Source of the DNA: Octopus sinensis
Lineage: Eukaryota
Direction of reading: 5' to 3'
DNA: 64,000 nucleotides
NCBI RefSeq assembly: GCF_006345805.1
Contig: NW_021830459.1
Coordinates: forward strand, 1-64,000
Position numbers and translations under genes: made by a program. Positions 27,790 through 40,267 of this stretch are shown one piece after another (the stretch's first letter is position 1; each line of letters opens with the position of its first letter). The notes beneath the pieces are model-generated. The model saw nothing but the letters and a program-made list of their open reading frames with translations, had not been told where the DNA came from and ran no database searches.

Positions 27790-28278
27790 TGAAATCTACA
27801 ATAAGCCTCAACTAAAATATGGAGTCTTGTAGTCTATGTGCCTCTAAGAAATAATTGCTTACAATAAATACTGGTTTATTTGCTATCTTCTCGCTTGGTA
27901 ATATGAACGCCGTGGATTTCAGCTACGTTTAACACTTATAGTGCTATTAGACTTGATTTCTTCGTACAGAACTTAGTATGTCCCTGTGTTTTTACTGGCT
28001 TCGGTTATTGGTTTGTGACCAAGCTGAAATGAGGACTAACGATTATATTATCGACAGCTGTACTTCGTTCAACCTGGTTTTTATTGCAAAAAAAATACAG
28101 AGAAAATACAGAGAAAAGAGATAAAACAGCTATCACGTGCAAGCAGGTATCGCCTGGTAACTTGTGTCACACATTTGAGATGTCTACGGTGTCGCGAGCA
28201 GATATAGTAAACATTGGCCCAGTGAATTAGGCTCAGTGATGGTTGTAATGTAAGGATAAATGGTGCATACTAGGCTGG

Positions 28279-28697
28279 AAGGCGGCGAGCAGGCAGAAAC
28301 GTTAGCACGCCGGGCGAAATGCATAGCCGTATTTCGTCTGCCGTTACGTTCTGAGTTCAAATTCCGCCGAGGTCGACTTTGCCTTTCATCCTTTCGGGGT
28401 CGATAAATTAAGTATCAGTTACGCACTGGGGTCGATATAATCGACTTAATCCGTTTGTCTGTCCTTGTTTGTCCCCTCTGTGTGTAGCCCCTTGAGGGTA
28501 GTAAAGAAATAGGTATTTCGTCTGCCGCTACGTTCTGAGATCAAATCCCGCCGAAGTCAACTTTGCCTTTCATCCTTTCGGGGTCGATAAATTAAGTATC
28601 AGTTACGCACTGGGGTCGATATAATCGACTTAATCCGTTTGTCTGTCCTTGTTTGTCCCCTCTGTGTGTAGCCCCTTGTGGGCTGTAAGAAAATAGG
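28279..28697 (+). mobile_element. SINE family B dimer
   Basis: Full monomer plus a second 3' unit joined at GAAATA-GG-TATTTC (28506-28519). Confidence 0.9.
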
Positions 28698-28841
28698 TAC
28701 ATGCTAGCCTGGCACATTTCAAAGCACTATGATGTTTCTAGCTAGGAGCTTGCCCAGATTCCTACATATCGTGCAAGCAAGAAGTGTTGCAAGGAAGAAT
28801 CGGATTGGTTGTAGGATAGGATTTGAATGTTACGGAGGAGC

Positions 28842-29124
28842 ATGTGTGTGTGTGTGTGTTTGTGTGCGCGTGCTCGTGGGGGTGGGTGTGTGTGTGTATG
28901 CGTGCTCGTGTGTGTGTGTGTGCGTGTGTGTGTGTGTGCGTGCTCGTGTGTGTGTGTGTGTTTGTGTGTGTGCGTGCTCGTGGGTGTGTGTGTGTGTATG
29001 TGTGTTTGTGTGTGCGTGCTCGTGTGTGTGTGTGTGTGTGTGTGTGCGTGCGTGCTCGTGTGTGTGTGTGCTCGTGGGTGTGTGTTGGTGTGTGCGTGCT
29101 CGTGGGTGTGTGTGTGTATGTGCA

Positions 29125-29156
<32 letters not shown>

Positions 29157-29213
29157 CTCGTGTGTGCGTGCTCGTGGTGTGTGTGTGTGTGTGTGTGTGT
29201 GTGCTCGTGTGCG
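28842..29213. repeat. (TG)n-derived minisatellite with recurring GTGCTCGT
   Basis: About 11 GTGCTCGT motifs embedded in TG runs. Confidence 0.9.
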
Positions 29214-29524
29214 AATACACACACTCATCCGTAACTTTCAAGCTCTTCCTTGCCTCTGCTACAAATTGACGATTAAAATAAAACATTTTTTTTTATCGAT
29301 TTATTCTTTAAAAAACAAGACATGCAAATCTACAATGATTAATGGTTTTACTTACTGGGGTTCCAGGTGACATTCAAGTCGAGAAGACTTGCCTATTCGC
29401 AATTATTTTTCTCAATCTCACGTCATCAATCTCAATATATTTTCATTACTGTTTAAAATTTCATGCCTTTCATTATTTGTACGGGAGCTGCTGCTTCATT
29501 ATCCTCCCCCTCCCTCCTCTCCCC

Positions 29525-29607
29525 CACCATCACCATCACATCACCATCATCATTATCGTCATCACCATCACCATCATCATCATCATCACCACCACCATCA
29601 TCATCAG

Positions 29608-29653
<46 letters not shown>

Positions 29654-29751
29654 GTCGTCATCGTCATCGTCATCATCATCGACATCATCGTCATCATCAT
29701 CATCATCATCATCATCTCATCATCATCATCATCATCGACATCATCGTCATC

Positions 29752-29804
<53 letters not shown>

Positions 29805-29816
29805 TATCATCATCAC

Positions 29817-29858
<42 letters not shown>

Positions 29859-29870
29859 TATCATCATAAC

Positions 29871-29927
<57 letters not shown>

Positions 29928-29966
29928 TATCATCATAACCATCATCATCATCATCATCACCACCAC

Positions 29967-30023
<57 letters not shown>

Positions 30024-30114
30024 AACCATCATATCATCATCATCATCATCATCATCATCATCTCATCATCATCATTATCATCATAACCATCATCATCATC
30101 ATCATCACCACTAC

Positions 30115-30162
<48 letters not shown>

Positions 30163-30190
30163 TATCATCATAACCATCATCATCATCATC

Positions 30191-30250
<60 letters not shown>

Positions 30251-30431
30251 GTCGTCATCGTCATCGTCATCATCATCGACATCATCGTCATCATCATCAT
30301 CATTATCATCATCATCATCATCATCATCATCATCGACATCATCGTCATCATCATCATCATCATCATCATCATCGTCGTCGTCGTCGTCGTCATCATCATC
30401 ATCGTCATCATCATCATCATCATCGTCGTCG

Positions 30432-30468
<37 letters not shown>

Positions 30469-30512
30469 TGTCATCATCGTCATCATCATCGTCATCCTCA
30501 TCATCATCGTCG

Positions 30513-30550
<38 letters not shown>

Positions 30551-30560
30551 GTCAACATCG

Positions 30561-30601
<41 letters not shown>

Positions 30602-30620
30602 GTCATCATCATCATCATCG
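29525..30620. repeat. About 1.1-kb (CAT)n trinucleotide array
   Basis: Seen directly, with CGT/CAC/TAT variants. Confidence 0.97.
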
Positions 30621-30829
30621 TGGCGTTGTTGCCGTCATCGTTATAATCAGTTGCAGCGGCAATATATTCCCATTTCATTTTTTTAACTTCTGAAACGACA
30701 TCAGTTGAATGCCGAACAAAATGTGTCCTTTTTTTTTTTTTTTTAATTAAATTTAATTTTGCCCATTTGTATTTTGTTTTCAAATAATTTTAAAGTTTGA
30801 CTTTGCTTTTCATCTTCCCGGCGTCGATT

Positions 30830-31760
30830 AAACTAAATATTGAATAACTTAACTGCTTCTGAATGTTGTGGCGTTGTGTCTAAATCATTTTCTTTTTTTG
30901 ATGTTGTTGATATTGTTAATATAGAGTAGATGTTTAATTTTCTGGTCAACGATCTTACACCTCTCTTAGCATTATTCACTTGCGTGGACACGGGGAGCAG
31001 AGTGACACAGAAAATTAACGATGACAATGAGTCACCTTGAAAAATACCACAAGGCGATATTGATGATTGGTGAGGTGGTATATCCTTCTTTAAAATGAGA
31101 ATGGTTCTCCACGAATTCATGATCACTTTTAAAAAGTTCACAAGGCGGTGCTCCAGCATGGCCGCAGTCAAATGACTGAAACAAGTAAAATGAAAAAGAA
31201 AAATGAAAAAAAATTGTTGGAGCTATCTTGTAAATTTCCAGGACCTTGATGATCTATGCATAGGGGACACCGTAAAAAAACCTTCTGTAAGCCACTTTGG
31301 GGCTTTCGCATCTCTTATATTCCTTCTGTGTTAGGGGCAGAATATGCCATACAGTTTCCCCATTTTGTCCTCAAATTCTGCACTTATCACTTTCCAATGT
31401 GTTGTCTATTCTGTATTTTATGTAATTTGTTCTTAGTGTGTGCTCTTGGGCAGCACGGATTAGAGCCTCCGTTTCCGGTTTTAAATCACTTTTAATCATC
31501 CACAGCCATCTTTTTTTCTCTGTCTGTCTTATCTTCAACATCCCTATGAAATTGTCCATGCAGTACCCGCCTATTTTCAGTTTCATTCGTTTTCAATTGC
31601 TTGTACAGTGCTTTATCTTTGCAATCTTTCATTCTACACAAGCCTGACCTTACTTCTAATAATAGTGACCTTACTTCTAATAATAGAGAGAAAGTGTTTT
31701 CTAAAAAACACGACAAACATCAGGATATAAACTCATGTTTTGCATGTGGTGATAATTTAA
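30830..31760 (-). mobile_element. R4/Dong-like LINE fragments (CCHC-finger region 31200-31760; RT piece 30830-31130)
   Basis: LHGQF, WLW..SDLKPETEALIRAAQEHTLRTNYIK..ID...SDKCRI, ETVWHI; GIFQGDSLSSLIFC; a SINE-C tail (31142-31197) lies between the pieces. Confidence 0.8.
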
Positions 31761-31907
31761 ATAGTTGTATATACAACTATTATATATATAGTGTAGATAC
31801 AACTATTTAAATTATGGAATAAGTGTTTTGTGTAGAAATATAATTGCCTCAGTCGAAAGTTCAAATGCGGCTGAGCAAATGAAACAAAAATGTGGAACAC
31901 ATATAGG

Positions 31908-32324
31908 TTTCTTTATTACCCACAAGGGGCTAAACATAGAGGGGACAAACAAGGACACAGACAAAGGGATTAAGTCGATTACATCGACGCCAGTGCGTAA
32001 CTGGTACTGAATTTATCGACCCCGAAATGATGAAAGGAAAAGTCGACCTCGGCGGAATTTGAACTCAGAACGTAACGGTAGACGAAATACCTATTTCTTT
32101 ATTACCCACAAGGGGCTAAACATAGAGGGGACAAACAAGGACAGACATAGGTATTAAGTCGATTATATCGACTCCAGTGCGTAACTGGTACTTAATTTAT
32201 CGACCCCGAAATGATGAAAGGAAAAGTCGACCTCCACGGAATTTGAACTCAGAACGTAGCGGCAGACGAAATACCGCGAAGCATTTCGTCCAGCGTGCTA
32301 ACAATTCTGCCAGCTCACCGCCTT
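31908..32324 (-). mobile_element. SINE family B dimer
   Basis: Same junction, GAAATA-CC-TATTTC on the + strand at 32084-32097. Confidence 0.9.
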
Positions 32325-32752
32325 TACTGTTCGATACCTGTTCGATCATGTTTTACGACGGGCTAAATATCAACAACAAGAATAACACCGATACTAGTGC
32401 CAACTGAGTATAAAGGACTCTATGTCGATAAACGGCGTCAGCCATGTCTCATACCCGCTTTGTGTACGGTTTAGTTTGCTTTGTGTTTATATTTTTGTTG
32501 ATATTCTGGCGATGGTAAATAGGTAACCTGATTGCTTAGAAATTTCTTGAATTAAAACCTGCTGCAGGACTAATCTATTTTGCGTTGCCTGATCCCCACG
32601 CAACTGCTGCGTTGAAAATATGCATTATATGCTAAATTGAATTTGTTTGCCATTTTCTAATCCCTTCAATCATTTTAGCTGTGGGGTTTATGGATTATTT
32701 ATGAAGAACCACGTACTGTTTGGTTAGGGATTGACTGATAAACTCTACTTAC

Positions 32753-32790
32753 GAAGCTCTGACTCAACGCGCATTTATGCTGAGCGTCAA
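32753..32790 (-). CDS. Candidate micro-exon (38 nt)
   Basis: gcattcattgtctttag| ... |gtaagt; only phase 1 to 0 is open: xDAQHKCALSQSF. Could be chance. Confidence 0.18.
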
Positions 32791-33084
32791 CTAAAGACAA
32801 TGAATGCACAATAACTCATGAAACATAAAACATTTTTATAAAGGAAACCCTTGTGGAGTTCTAGGGAGAAAGGTATTTAAGGGAGAATAATCATCAATGC
32901 AAACACAATTCATGCCTGATCCCCTCCTTTCTCTATGTATTAGCATACCTCATATTGCTTTTAATCAACGTTAATCCTTGAAAATACGCCCTTTATTTAG
33001 CACACAGGTGTTGCTGAGCAACTGATATGTAAGTGTGTGAACAATACGGGAATATAACCACACACACACACGCACACACACACA

Positions 33085-33128
<44 letters not shown>

Positions 33129-33207
33129 CTCCTCCGTCACTGCTTTCCAGTACATGGTTTTATAGTTAAGAATTTCGCACTGCTATCATGAGGTCCTGCG
33201 TTCGATC

Positions 33208-33385
33208 CTATTTCTTTATTACCCTCAAGGGGCTAAACATAGAGGAGACAAACAAGGACAGACATAGGTATTAAGTCGATTATATCGACCCCAGTGCGTA
33301 GCTGGTACTTAATTTATCAACCCCGAAATGATAAAAGGCAAAGTCTACCTCGGCGGAATTTCAACTCACAACGTAACGACAGACG
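33208..33385 (-). mobile_element. SINE family B, headless 3' unit
   Basis: Similarity to the array units. Confidence 0.85.
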
Positions 33386-34009
33386 TTGTGTGAAAATGTT
33401 ACTTGGAATTAACTTGTATTATGTTTGTTGTTACTATCTTTCAACCCCAGGTCAGGACTGACTGAATTCATTTACGATCAATGTCATTTCAATGAGATCC
33501 TACCGTATTTTTGTATATAACGAATAATATTGTCCAACCCGTACTTCCTTTTAAGACAATGGTGTGATTTGAGGAAGAGTAGACTCCATATTTCTAGTAT
33601 ATCGAGCATTCGCATAAAACAGAGGTTCTTGTAGCGTTTTTTATGAACGAAACTTGCCACGCAGTCCAGGTTTTTGAAATGACTGGCAACTCACCAAACT
33701 AATTTTATTATTACAGGTAGCTAGCAAAAGGCCCGATGGGAATATTAGTCAGAATATATCAGTGAAAAACAATGAGAATTCTTCATCTTGGAAATTCAGA
33801 CAAAATCGATTTTAAACAGCGTCTGTGTACCGTTCTTCCTTCAATCTGTCGCGCTCGCTAGGTCACTCGGTTATACAGGGCATCACCCCTCGCGCGCGCG
33901 CGTAAACACACACATACGTATGCACGCGCGTTCGCACGCGCACACGTACGTGCACGCACAGACACATACATACGTACATATCCCGTAACCTAGAGAGTGA
34001 CGTTAGCGT

Positions 34010-34175
34010 TGACAAGAAGCGTAGCCTCTTCTGGACCTGCGATAGATACATTACATCCCACCTAGAAGGACATGCTTTCGTTACCCAGGAACAGAAGCTA
34101 CTAAATACTTGATGAACAAGGACAAAGATACCACCAAACCGCCACGTTATGATAAAAAAATGTCGAGTCTGCTAT
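34010..34175 (+). mobile_element. R4/Dong-like LINE fragment (pre-CCHC region)
   Basis: SLFWTCDRYITSHLEGHAFVTQEQK..TKYL.NK...DKKCRVC across frameshifts. Confidence 0.6.
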
Positions 34176-34800
34176 ACTAGTGGGGAACCTAATTTATGTA
34201 ATAACCTGGTCGGGTTGCAGTCATCAGTACATTGGACAAACGAGTTTAATTTTGAGGAAGAGAATCACTCTGCATAAGGAGCAAATCCGTTTCCCGCAAT
34301 ACAGACAAATTCCTCTTAGTGAACACATAGAAAAATGTGCAGGTAACATCAAACCAAATTTTACAGTCTTTCTTTCTACCAGTGCAAAGACACAATCTCT
34401 CAACTAGAACGCTTAAATAAAGAAACTTTTTTCATTGAAAAATACAAAACGCGTCTTAATAAGCACGCATAACCAATTTTTATATTATTACATATTACAT
34501 CACTGTACATAGATCTAAACAAGATCCCCCCTTTTTAAACCTGTCTCCTTTCTGTACACATTTATTCCCCACCCAAAACCTAAACAGTTATCTCCCTTAC
34601 ACACAACAATGACAATAATAACAACCAATTACCTCCCTTTACTTGTCATCTTGTAAAGTCATTCACTCGTGAATTTCATTTCAAACATGGACCCAATTTC
34701 TTCTTAAGAAAAAATATATTTTCATATAAATTAAACATTGTATCATGAATAGCGATTGCGAAACCGGTCGATACATTAAAAATTATACTATAACCATGTA
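34176..34800 (+). mobile_element. Penelope-like element 3' part: GIY-YIG endonuclease remnant plus terminal repeat
   Basis: NLIYVITWSGCSHQYIGQTSLILRKRITLHKEQI..QYRQIPLSEHIEKC; decayed hammerhead-like motif at 34739-34775. Confidence 0.8.
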
Positions 34801-34821
34801 AGTGTGCGTATTTTCCGTTTT

Positions 34822-34862
<41 letters not shown>

Positions 34863-34944
34863 ATATATAAAAAATGTCACCGCGTGGGTACCGTTGGCGA
34901 TTTTTTTCCTCTGTCTTCCCTCTCTGGATCTTTCCTTCTCCTAT

Positions 34945-34979
34945 GTTTCCGACGAAGAGCTCCGTTCGAAACGTTAAAC
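34945..34979 (+). ncRNA. Minimal hammerhead-like motif (U4C core variant)
   Basis: GUUU / CCGACGA-A / GAGC-ucc-GUUC / GAAA / CGUU / AAAC. Confidence 0.4.
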
Positions 34980-35190
34980 CCTTCTTCTTTCCTTCTTTCC
35001 TGAGCGTCTCCAATAATACTATATTTGTTCAACGTCCTCGCGTTGTTGTGTTTTTTTGTGCTTTCATGTTTGGATTAACTATAATATATATATATATAAA
35101 TTAATAATAAATATTAGGGAATAAATCCAAACTTACAGGGAAAAATCAGATTTAGGATTGAATCCAATTTTATAGTAAAATATTATATTT

Positions 35191-35487
35191 TATTAAATTA
35201 GAGACAAAACCACTATTATGCAATTCAAACAATGAAAGACTTAATCCAATACATAAATTAATTTATATTATTTAGATATGTAACAATTATTAAAAAATAT
35301 AATTAATATCCACTACGATCGTTTCCTGTCTTCTGTCATCAAATTTTGATGACAAACGATCGTAGTGGATATTAATTATATTTTTTAATAATTGTTACAT
35401 ATCTAAATAATATAAATTAATTTATGTATTGGATTAAGTCTTTCATTGTTTGATTTGCATAATAGTGGTTTTGTCTCTAATTTAATA
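35191..35487. repeat. Near-perfect 297-bp palindrome (134-bp arms)
   Basis: 35191-35324 is the reverse complement of 35354-35487 with one mismatch seen; 29-nt spacer contains a further hairpin, GTCATCAAA-T-TTTGATGAC. Confidence 0.95.
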
Positions 35488-35489
35488 TA

Positions 35490-35555
<66 letters not shown>

Positions 35556-36437
35556 TGTATGTATGTATGTATGTATAACACTTTTTATAACTATCTCGCT
35601 GGCGAGCCTTGTAATAAATATATTTTTATTTATCTGTATGACTATCTCTAACGAGATAGCTAGATTATATATTAAACATATATCTGTCATTTTTTTTATA
35701 TATCGATCCAACAAGCTACCTAGTCAGACAGTTAAAAAGCTATACAACCAGCTATGTGTTGAACGATTAATCGCGTTTCCCTTTTTTTATACACCATTCT
35801 TTCCTTTCATTATTCTATATTTTTTTAACTAGTTGCTATAGTTACATTTCTTCCAGCCACATAGTTTGCTTCAGACGTTATGTATAAAAGTACAAAATTA
35901 TGAGTGAAGTGACCTACAAGCCTGACATATATTTTTAAATACCACCAGTTCTTAAGCCAGTTAATCTAGATCACATTCGTATGATATACTCAATGTGGAA
36001 AACATTTGATGTTCTTAACATCCAATATTTTACACATTAAATATGTGATCCACGTTGAACGGCAAAGTAAACTCAGTTTCAACGGGAAATGTAATATTGT
36101 TCCAGTCTTTTCTCCAACCCAATTCACTTACAGGAAATGGATCTCTATAAACTTTCATAAGTAGTCAGTTGGCCGAGTATTCCAGAGTCATATGTACCTT
36201 TAATGTAATTCACAAGTAGTGGAACAGTCTGTAACAAGACCTTGAAATTACAGCAATAATCCATCAGACGGGTTTTTATATAATATCTGTCCACTTTTGA
36301 CTCTCAAAGTTTACTTTATTTTGAGGTGATAGTAAAACAATTGCTTAAAATACCACGGAGTGGGATCGAATTCGAAACCATCTTGACCGTTTAGTCAAGC
36401 TGAAACCGATTCTACAGTTAATTAATGTCCTTGTGCG

Positions 36438-36670
36438 AAGGTATGGCTGGCAGAATCGTTAGCATGCCGGGCAAAATGCTTAGCGGTATTTCGTCTGCCG
36501 CTACGTTCTGAGTTCAAATTCCGCCGAGGTCGACTTTGCCTTTCATCCTTTCGGGGTCGATAAATTAAGTACCAGTTACGCACTGGGGTCGATGTAATCG
36601 ACTTAATACCTATGTCTGTCCTTGTTTGTCCCCTCTATGTTTAGCCCCTTGTGCGTAATAAAGAAATAGG
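36438..36670 (+). mobile_element. SINE family B monomer
   Basis: Similarity to 2016-2246. Confidence 0.88.
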
Positions 36671-36925
36671 TATGAACATCACGCATTCCATTTCCTTGTC
36701 CAATCTAAAGCATAGAAACATTTTAGCTAGTCTTAGAAGAATTGCGCACATTTAATTAACTGACGTCAGTGAAGAAGAGCTAAGCTTGGACCAAGTCTAG
36801 GAATATGGCATTGCCAAGCAGGACATTATTTCCACCAAGTAAAATGTGACCGAGCAGCTGTTCCTATGATCGAAATCATTCAAGATTGATATTTTGATTG
36901 ATATTTTGGGTTACGTTATCCACCG

Positions 36926-36961
<36 letters not shown>

Positions 36962-37215
36962 TTGGTGATGACGACAGGGGTGGTGGAGCTGGTGGTGATG
37001 AGGACAACGTTCATGATGATGGGATGAGAAAAAAATGATGTTGATAATGTTTGTTATGCTTAGTGGCATCTCTTCCGGCTCTTTACGTTCTGAGGACGAA
37101 CATTGCCTGGGGTCGACTTCGTTTTTTCATCCGTTCGAGGTCGATAAAATTCAGCACCAGGCGAGTACTGAGATCGATATCATCGATTAACACTTTCCGC
37201 AAAATTTGATGGCCC

Positions 37216-37217
<2 letters not shown>

Positions 37218-37249
<32 letters not shown>

Positions 37250-37663
37250 TGTATGTATGTATGTATGTATGTATGTATGCATGTATATATTTATGTATGT
37301 ATGTATGTATGTATGTATGTATGTATGTATGTATGTATGTATGCATGTATGTATGTATGTATGTGTGTATGTATGTATGTGTGTATGTATGTATTTGTGT
37401 GTGTAAGTAAGTATGTATGTATGGATGTATGTATGTATGGATGGATGTATGAATGTATGGATGGATGTATGAATGTATGGATGGATGGTTGTATGTATGG
37501 ATGGATGAATGTATGAATGTATGTATGTATGGACTAATGTATGCATGTATGTATAGATGGATGGATGTATGGATGTATGTATGTATGCATGTATGTATGT
37601 ATTGATGGATGGATGGATGGATGTATGCATGCATGCATGCATGTATGTATGTACGTACGTACA

Positions 37664-37705
<42 letters not shown>
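37218..37705. repeat. (TATG)n/(TGGA)n/(CA)n microsatellites
   Basis: Seen directly. Confidence 0.95.
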
Positions 37706-37707
<2 letters not shown>

Positions 37708-38076
37708 AAACAAAATTCGATACCTAATTCAAAGCCAAACTACAAGCAACTCGACTACAACTGGATCAACCACCTTCTTATTAACATCATACCGCAGTCT
37801 CGTAATGCTGAGGGCAAACTTAAAATGACTTATGTAATTCACAAATTTAATTGTGAAAGTGAAAGTTGCAAACAGCCGCCGCCGCTAAATACGCGGGATC
37901 AGTCATCTGTAACCGACCGGCCGAGGGGCGGTGATGGGGTTCAGATACCGTTTATGTGTTTGCCTTTAATATGACCATATTTAATGTCGTCTCGTGAACT
38001 GCGCGGGTGGTGTGGAGCGTGCGTATATACCTCTATATATGGGATCATGTTAACACGTGTATATTTACTTTTCTGT

Positions 38077-38460
38077 GGAGGTGCAATGGCCCAGTGGTTA
38101 GGGCAGCGGACTCACGGTCGTAGGATCGCGGTTTCGATTCCCAGACCGGGCGTTGTGAGTGTTTATTGAGCGAAAACACCTAAAGCTCCATGAGGCTTCG
38201 GCAGGGGATGGTGGCGATCCCTGCTGTACTTTTTCACCACAACTTTCTCTCACTCTTACTTCCCGTTTCTCTTGTACCTGTATTTCAAAGGGCCGGCTTT
38301 GTCACTCTCTGTGTCACGCTCAATATCCCCGAGAACTACGTTAAGGGTACACGTGTCTGTGGAATGCTCCGCCACTTACACGTTAATTTCACGAGCAGGC
38401 TGTTCCGTTGATTCGGATCAACCGGAACCCCCTCATCGTCGTAACCGACGGAGTGCTTCC
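38077..38460 (+). mobile_element. SINE family A, full length
   Basis: TSD ATTTACTTTTCT on both sides. Confidence 0.9.
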
Positions 38461-38725
38461 ATTTACTTTTCTTCATTTTATCATTTAATCCATATCGTTT
38501 GTCCTTTTTGCATTATCTATCTTCTATTGTTTTACTCTTTGTCATGTATTCACTGTGAACCATAGCGAGACCCATTTACCGGTTATAATCCGGAAATTGG
38601 ATCCATATTCTATCAGTATAGCTAACAACCTACTGGCGACCACAGCATACCAAGCGAAACCGAGTGTGTGTGTGTGTGTGTGTGTGTATACCCACACATC
38701 CATGCATACATATTCTTTTTTTTTT

Positions 38726-39099
38726 ATTCCTTGTTTCAGTCATTTGACTGCGGCCATGCTGGAGCACCGCCTTTAGTCGAGCAAATCGACCCCGGGACTT
38801 ATTCTTTGTAATCCCAGTACTTATTCTATCGGTCTCTTTTGCCGAACCGCTAAGTTACGGGGACGTAAACACACCAGCATCGGTTGTCAAGCAATGCTAG
38901 GGGGACAAACACACACACACATATATACATATATACGACAGGCTTCTTTCAGTTTCTGTCTACCAAATCCACTCACAAGGCATTGGTCAGCCTGGGGCTA
39001 TAGGAGAAGACACTTGCCCAAGATGCCACGCAGTGGGACTTGAACCCGGAACCATGTGGTTGGTTAGCGAGCTACTTACCTCACAGCCACTCCTGCGCC
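38726..39099 (-). mobile_element. SINE family C, full length
   Basis: tRNA-like head (GGCGCAGGAGTGGCTGTG..GGGTTCAAGTCCC), internal microsatellite and CR1-like 3' tail. Confidence 0.9.
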
Positions 39100-39253
39100 T
39101 ATACATATTTATATATTATATCTATAAACATATATATACTTATGTATATATGTGTGTCTCTTTTTGTGGATGTGGATGTATATATATCAGACGCCATGAT
39201 AGATCGTTAGCCACTACACACATTTTTTTCTCTCCTTGTTTCTTTCTGTGTCC

Positions 39254-39289
39254 CTTTGTGTAGAAGAGCGTAGGCTCGAAACGTAAAAG
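39254..39289 (+). ncRNA. Minimal hammerhead-like motif with an altered core
   Basis: CUUU / GUGUAGA-A / GAGC-guag-GCUC / GAAA / CGUA / AAAG. Confidence 0.3.
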
Positions 39290-39467
39290 ACTTTTTCTAT
39301 TCCTGAGCGTTATACTAATACATCTATTTGTTTTGTACACCACCTGTCTTCGTCTTTTGTTTTTTTCGTAAACTCTCACTATATATATATATTATATATA
39401 TATATATAAAATACGAAACGGGGCAAGAACGCAAAACATCCAGATAGACGATACAAAAAAACACGGA

Positions 39468-39598
39468 CGGGTCATTCGAAGCCTTTAATCTTCAGTCAAG
39501 AACCGGATCATCCTCGCAATTTCGGCTGATTAATCTTGAGATTGCCCCAATCTGGCCAGCCCCAAGGAAAAAACTAAGCTAAGAGCATTCGATTCCTT
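39468..39598 (-). repeat. About 130-bp interspersed repeat (probably Penelope-related); copies at 40468-40600 and, partially, 13228-13290
   Basis: Near-identical GGACGGGTCATTCGAAGCC...GCATTCGATTC blocks. Confidence 0.8.
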
Positions 39599-39764
39599 GG
39601 AAAAAGCTTCGAATGTATACGAAACAAGGACGGAAAAACGGACGATATTGCACGAATATAAATTCAAAAATAATATAACAAAAATACAAAAAAAAAACAA
39701 TAATAATAATAACAGGACATAACAACAGGCGTCATTCGACTATACATATTATACATATACACAT

Positions 39765-39850
39765 AGATACACAGACAGATAGATAAATAGTCAGATAGAT
39801 AGATAATAGATAGATAGATAAATAGACAGATGTAAATAGATAGATAAATG

Positions 39851-39911
<61 letters not shown>

Positions 39912-39937
39912 ATAGACAGATGTAAATAGATAGATAA

Positions 39938-39985
<48 letters not shown>

Positions 39986-40000
39986 ATGGATAGATAGATA

Positions 40001-40057
<57 letters not shown>

Positions 40058-40081
40058 CAGATGTAAATAGATAGATAAATG

Positions 40082-40148
<67 letters not shown>
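39765..40148. repeat. (GATA)n array
   Basis: Seen directly. Confidence 0.95.
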
Positions 40149-40149
<1 letters not shown>

Positions 40150-40220
40150 TGCATTGCACTTATATCAGCTTATTACACACCATATGCATATAAATAAACA
40201 CACTCACAAACGTGCCCGCG

Positions 40221-40267
<47 letters not shown>

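Noticed and set aside
29389-30693. 434-aa poly-His/poly-Ile ORF
   Set aside because: Translation of the (CAT)n array, which lacks stops in most frames; no real domain.
37700-37880. YVIHKFNC, a possible Penelope GIY-YIG start
   Set aside because: Truncated before the YIG motif; too short to call.
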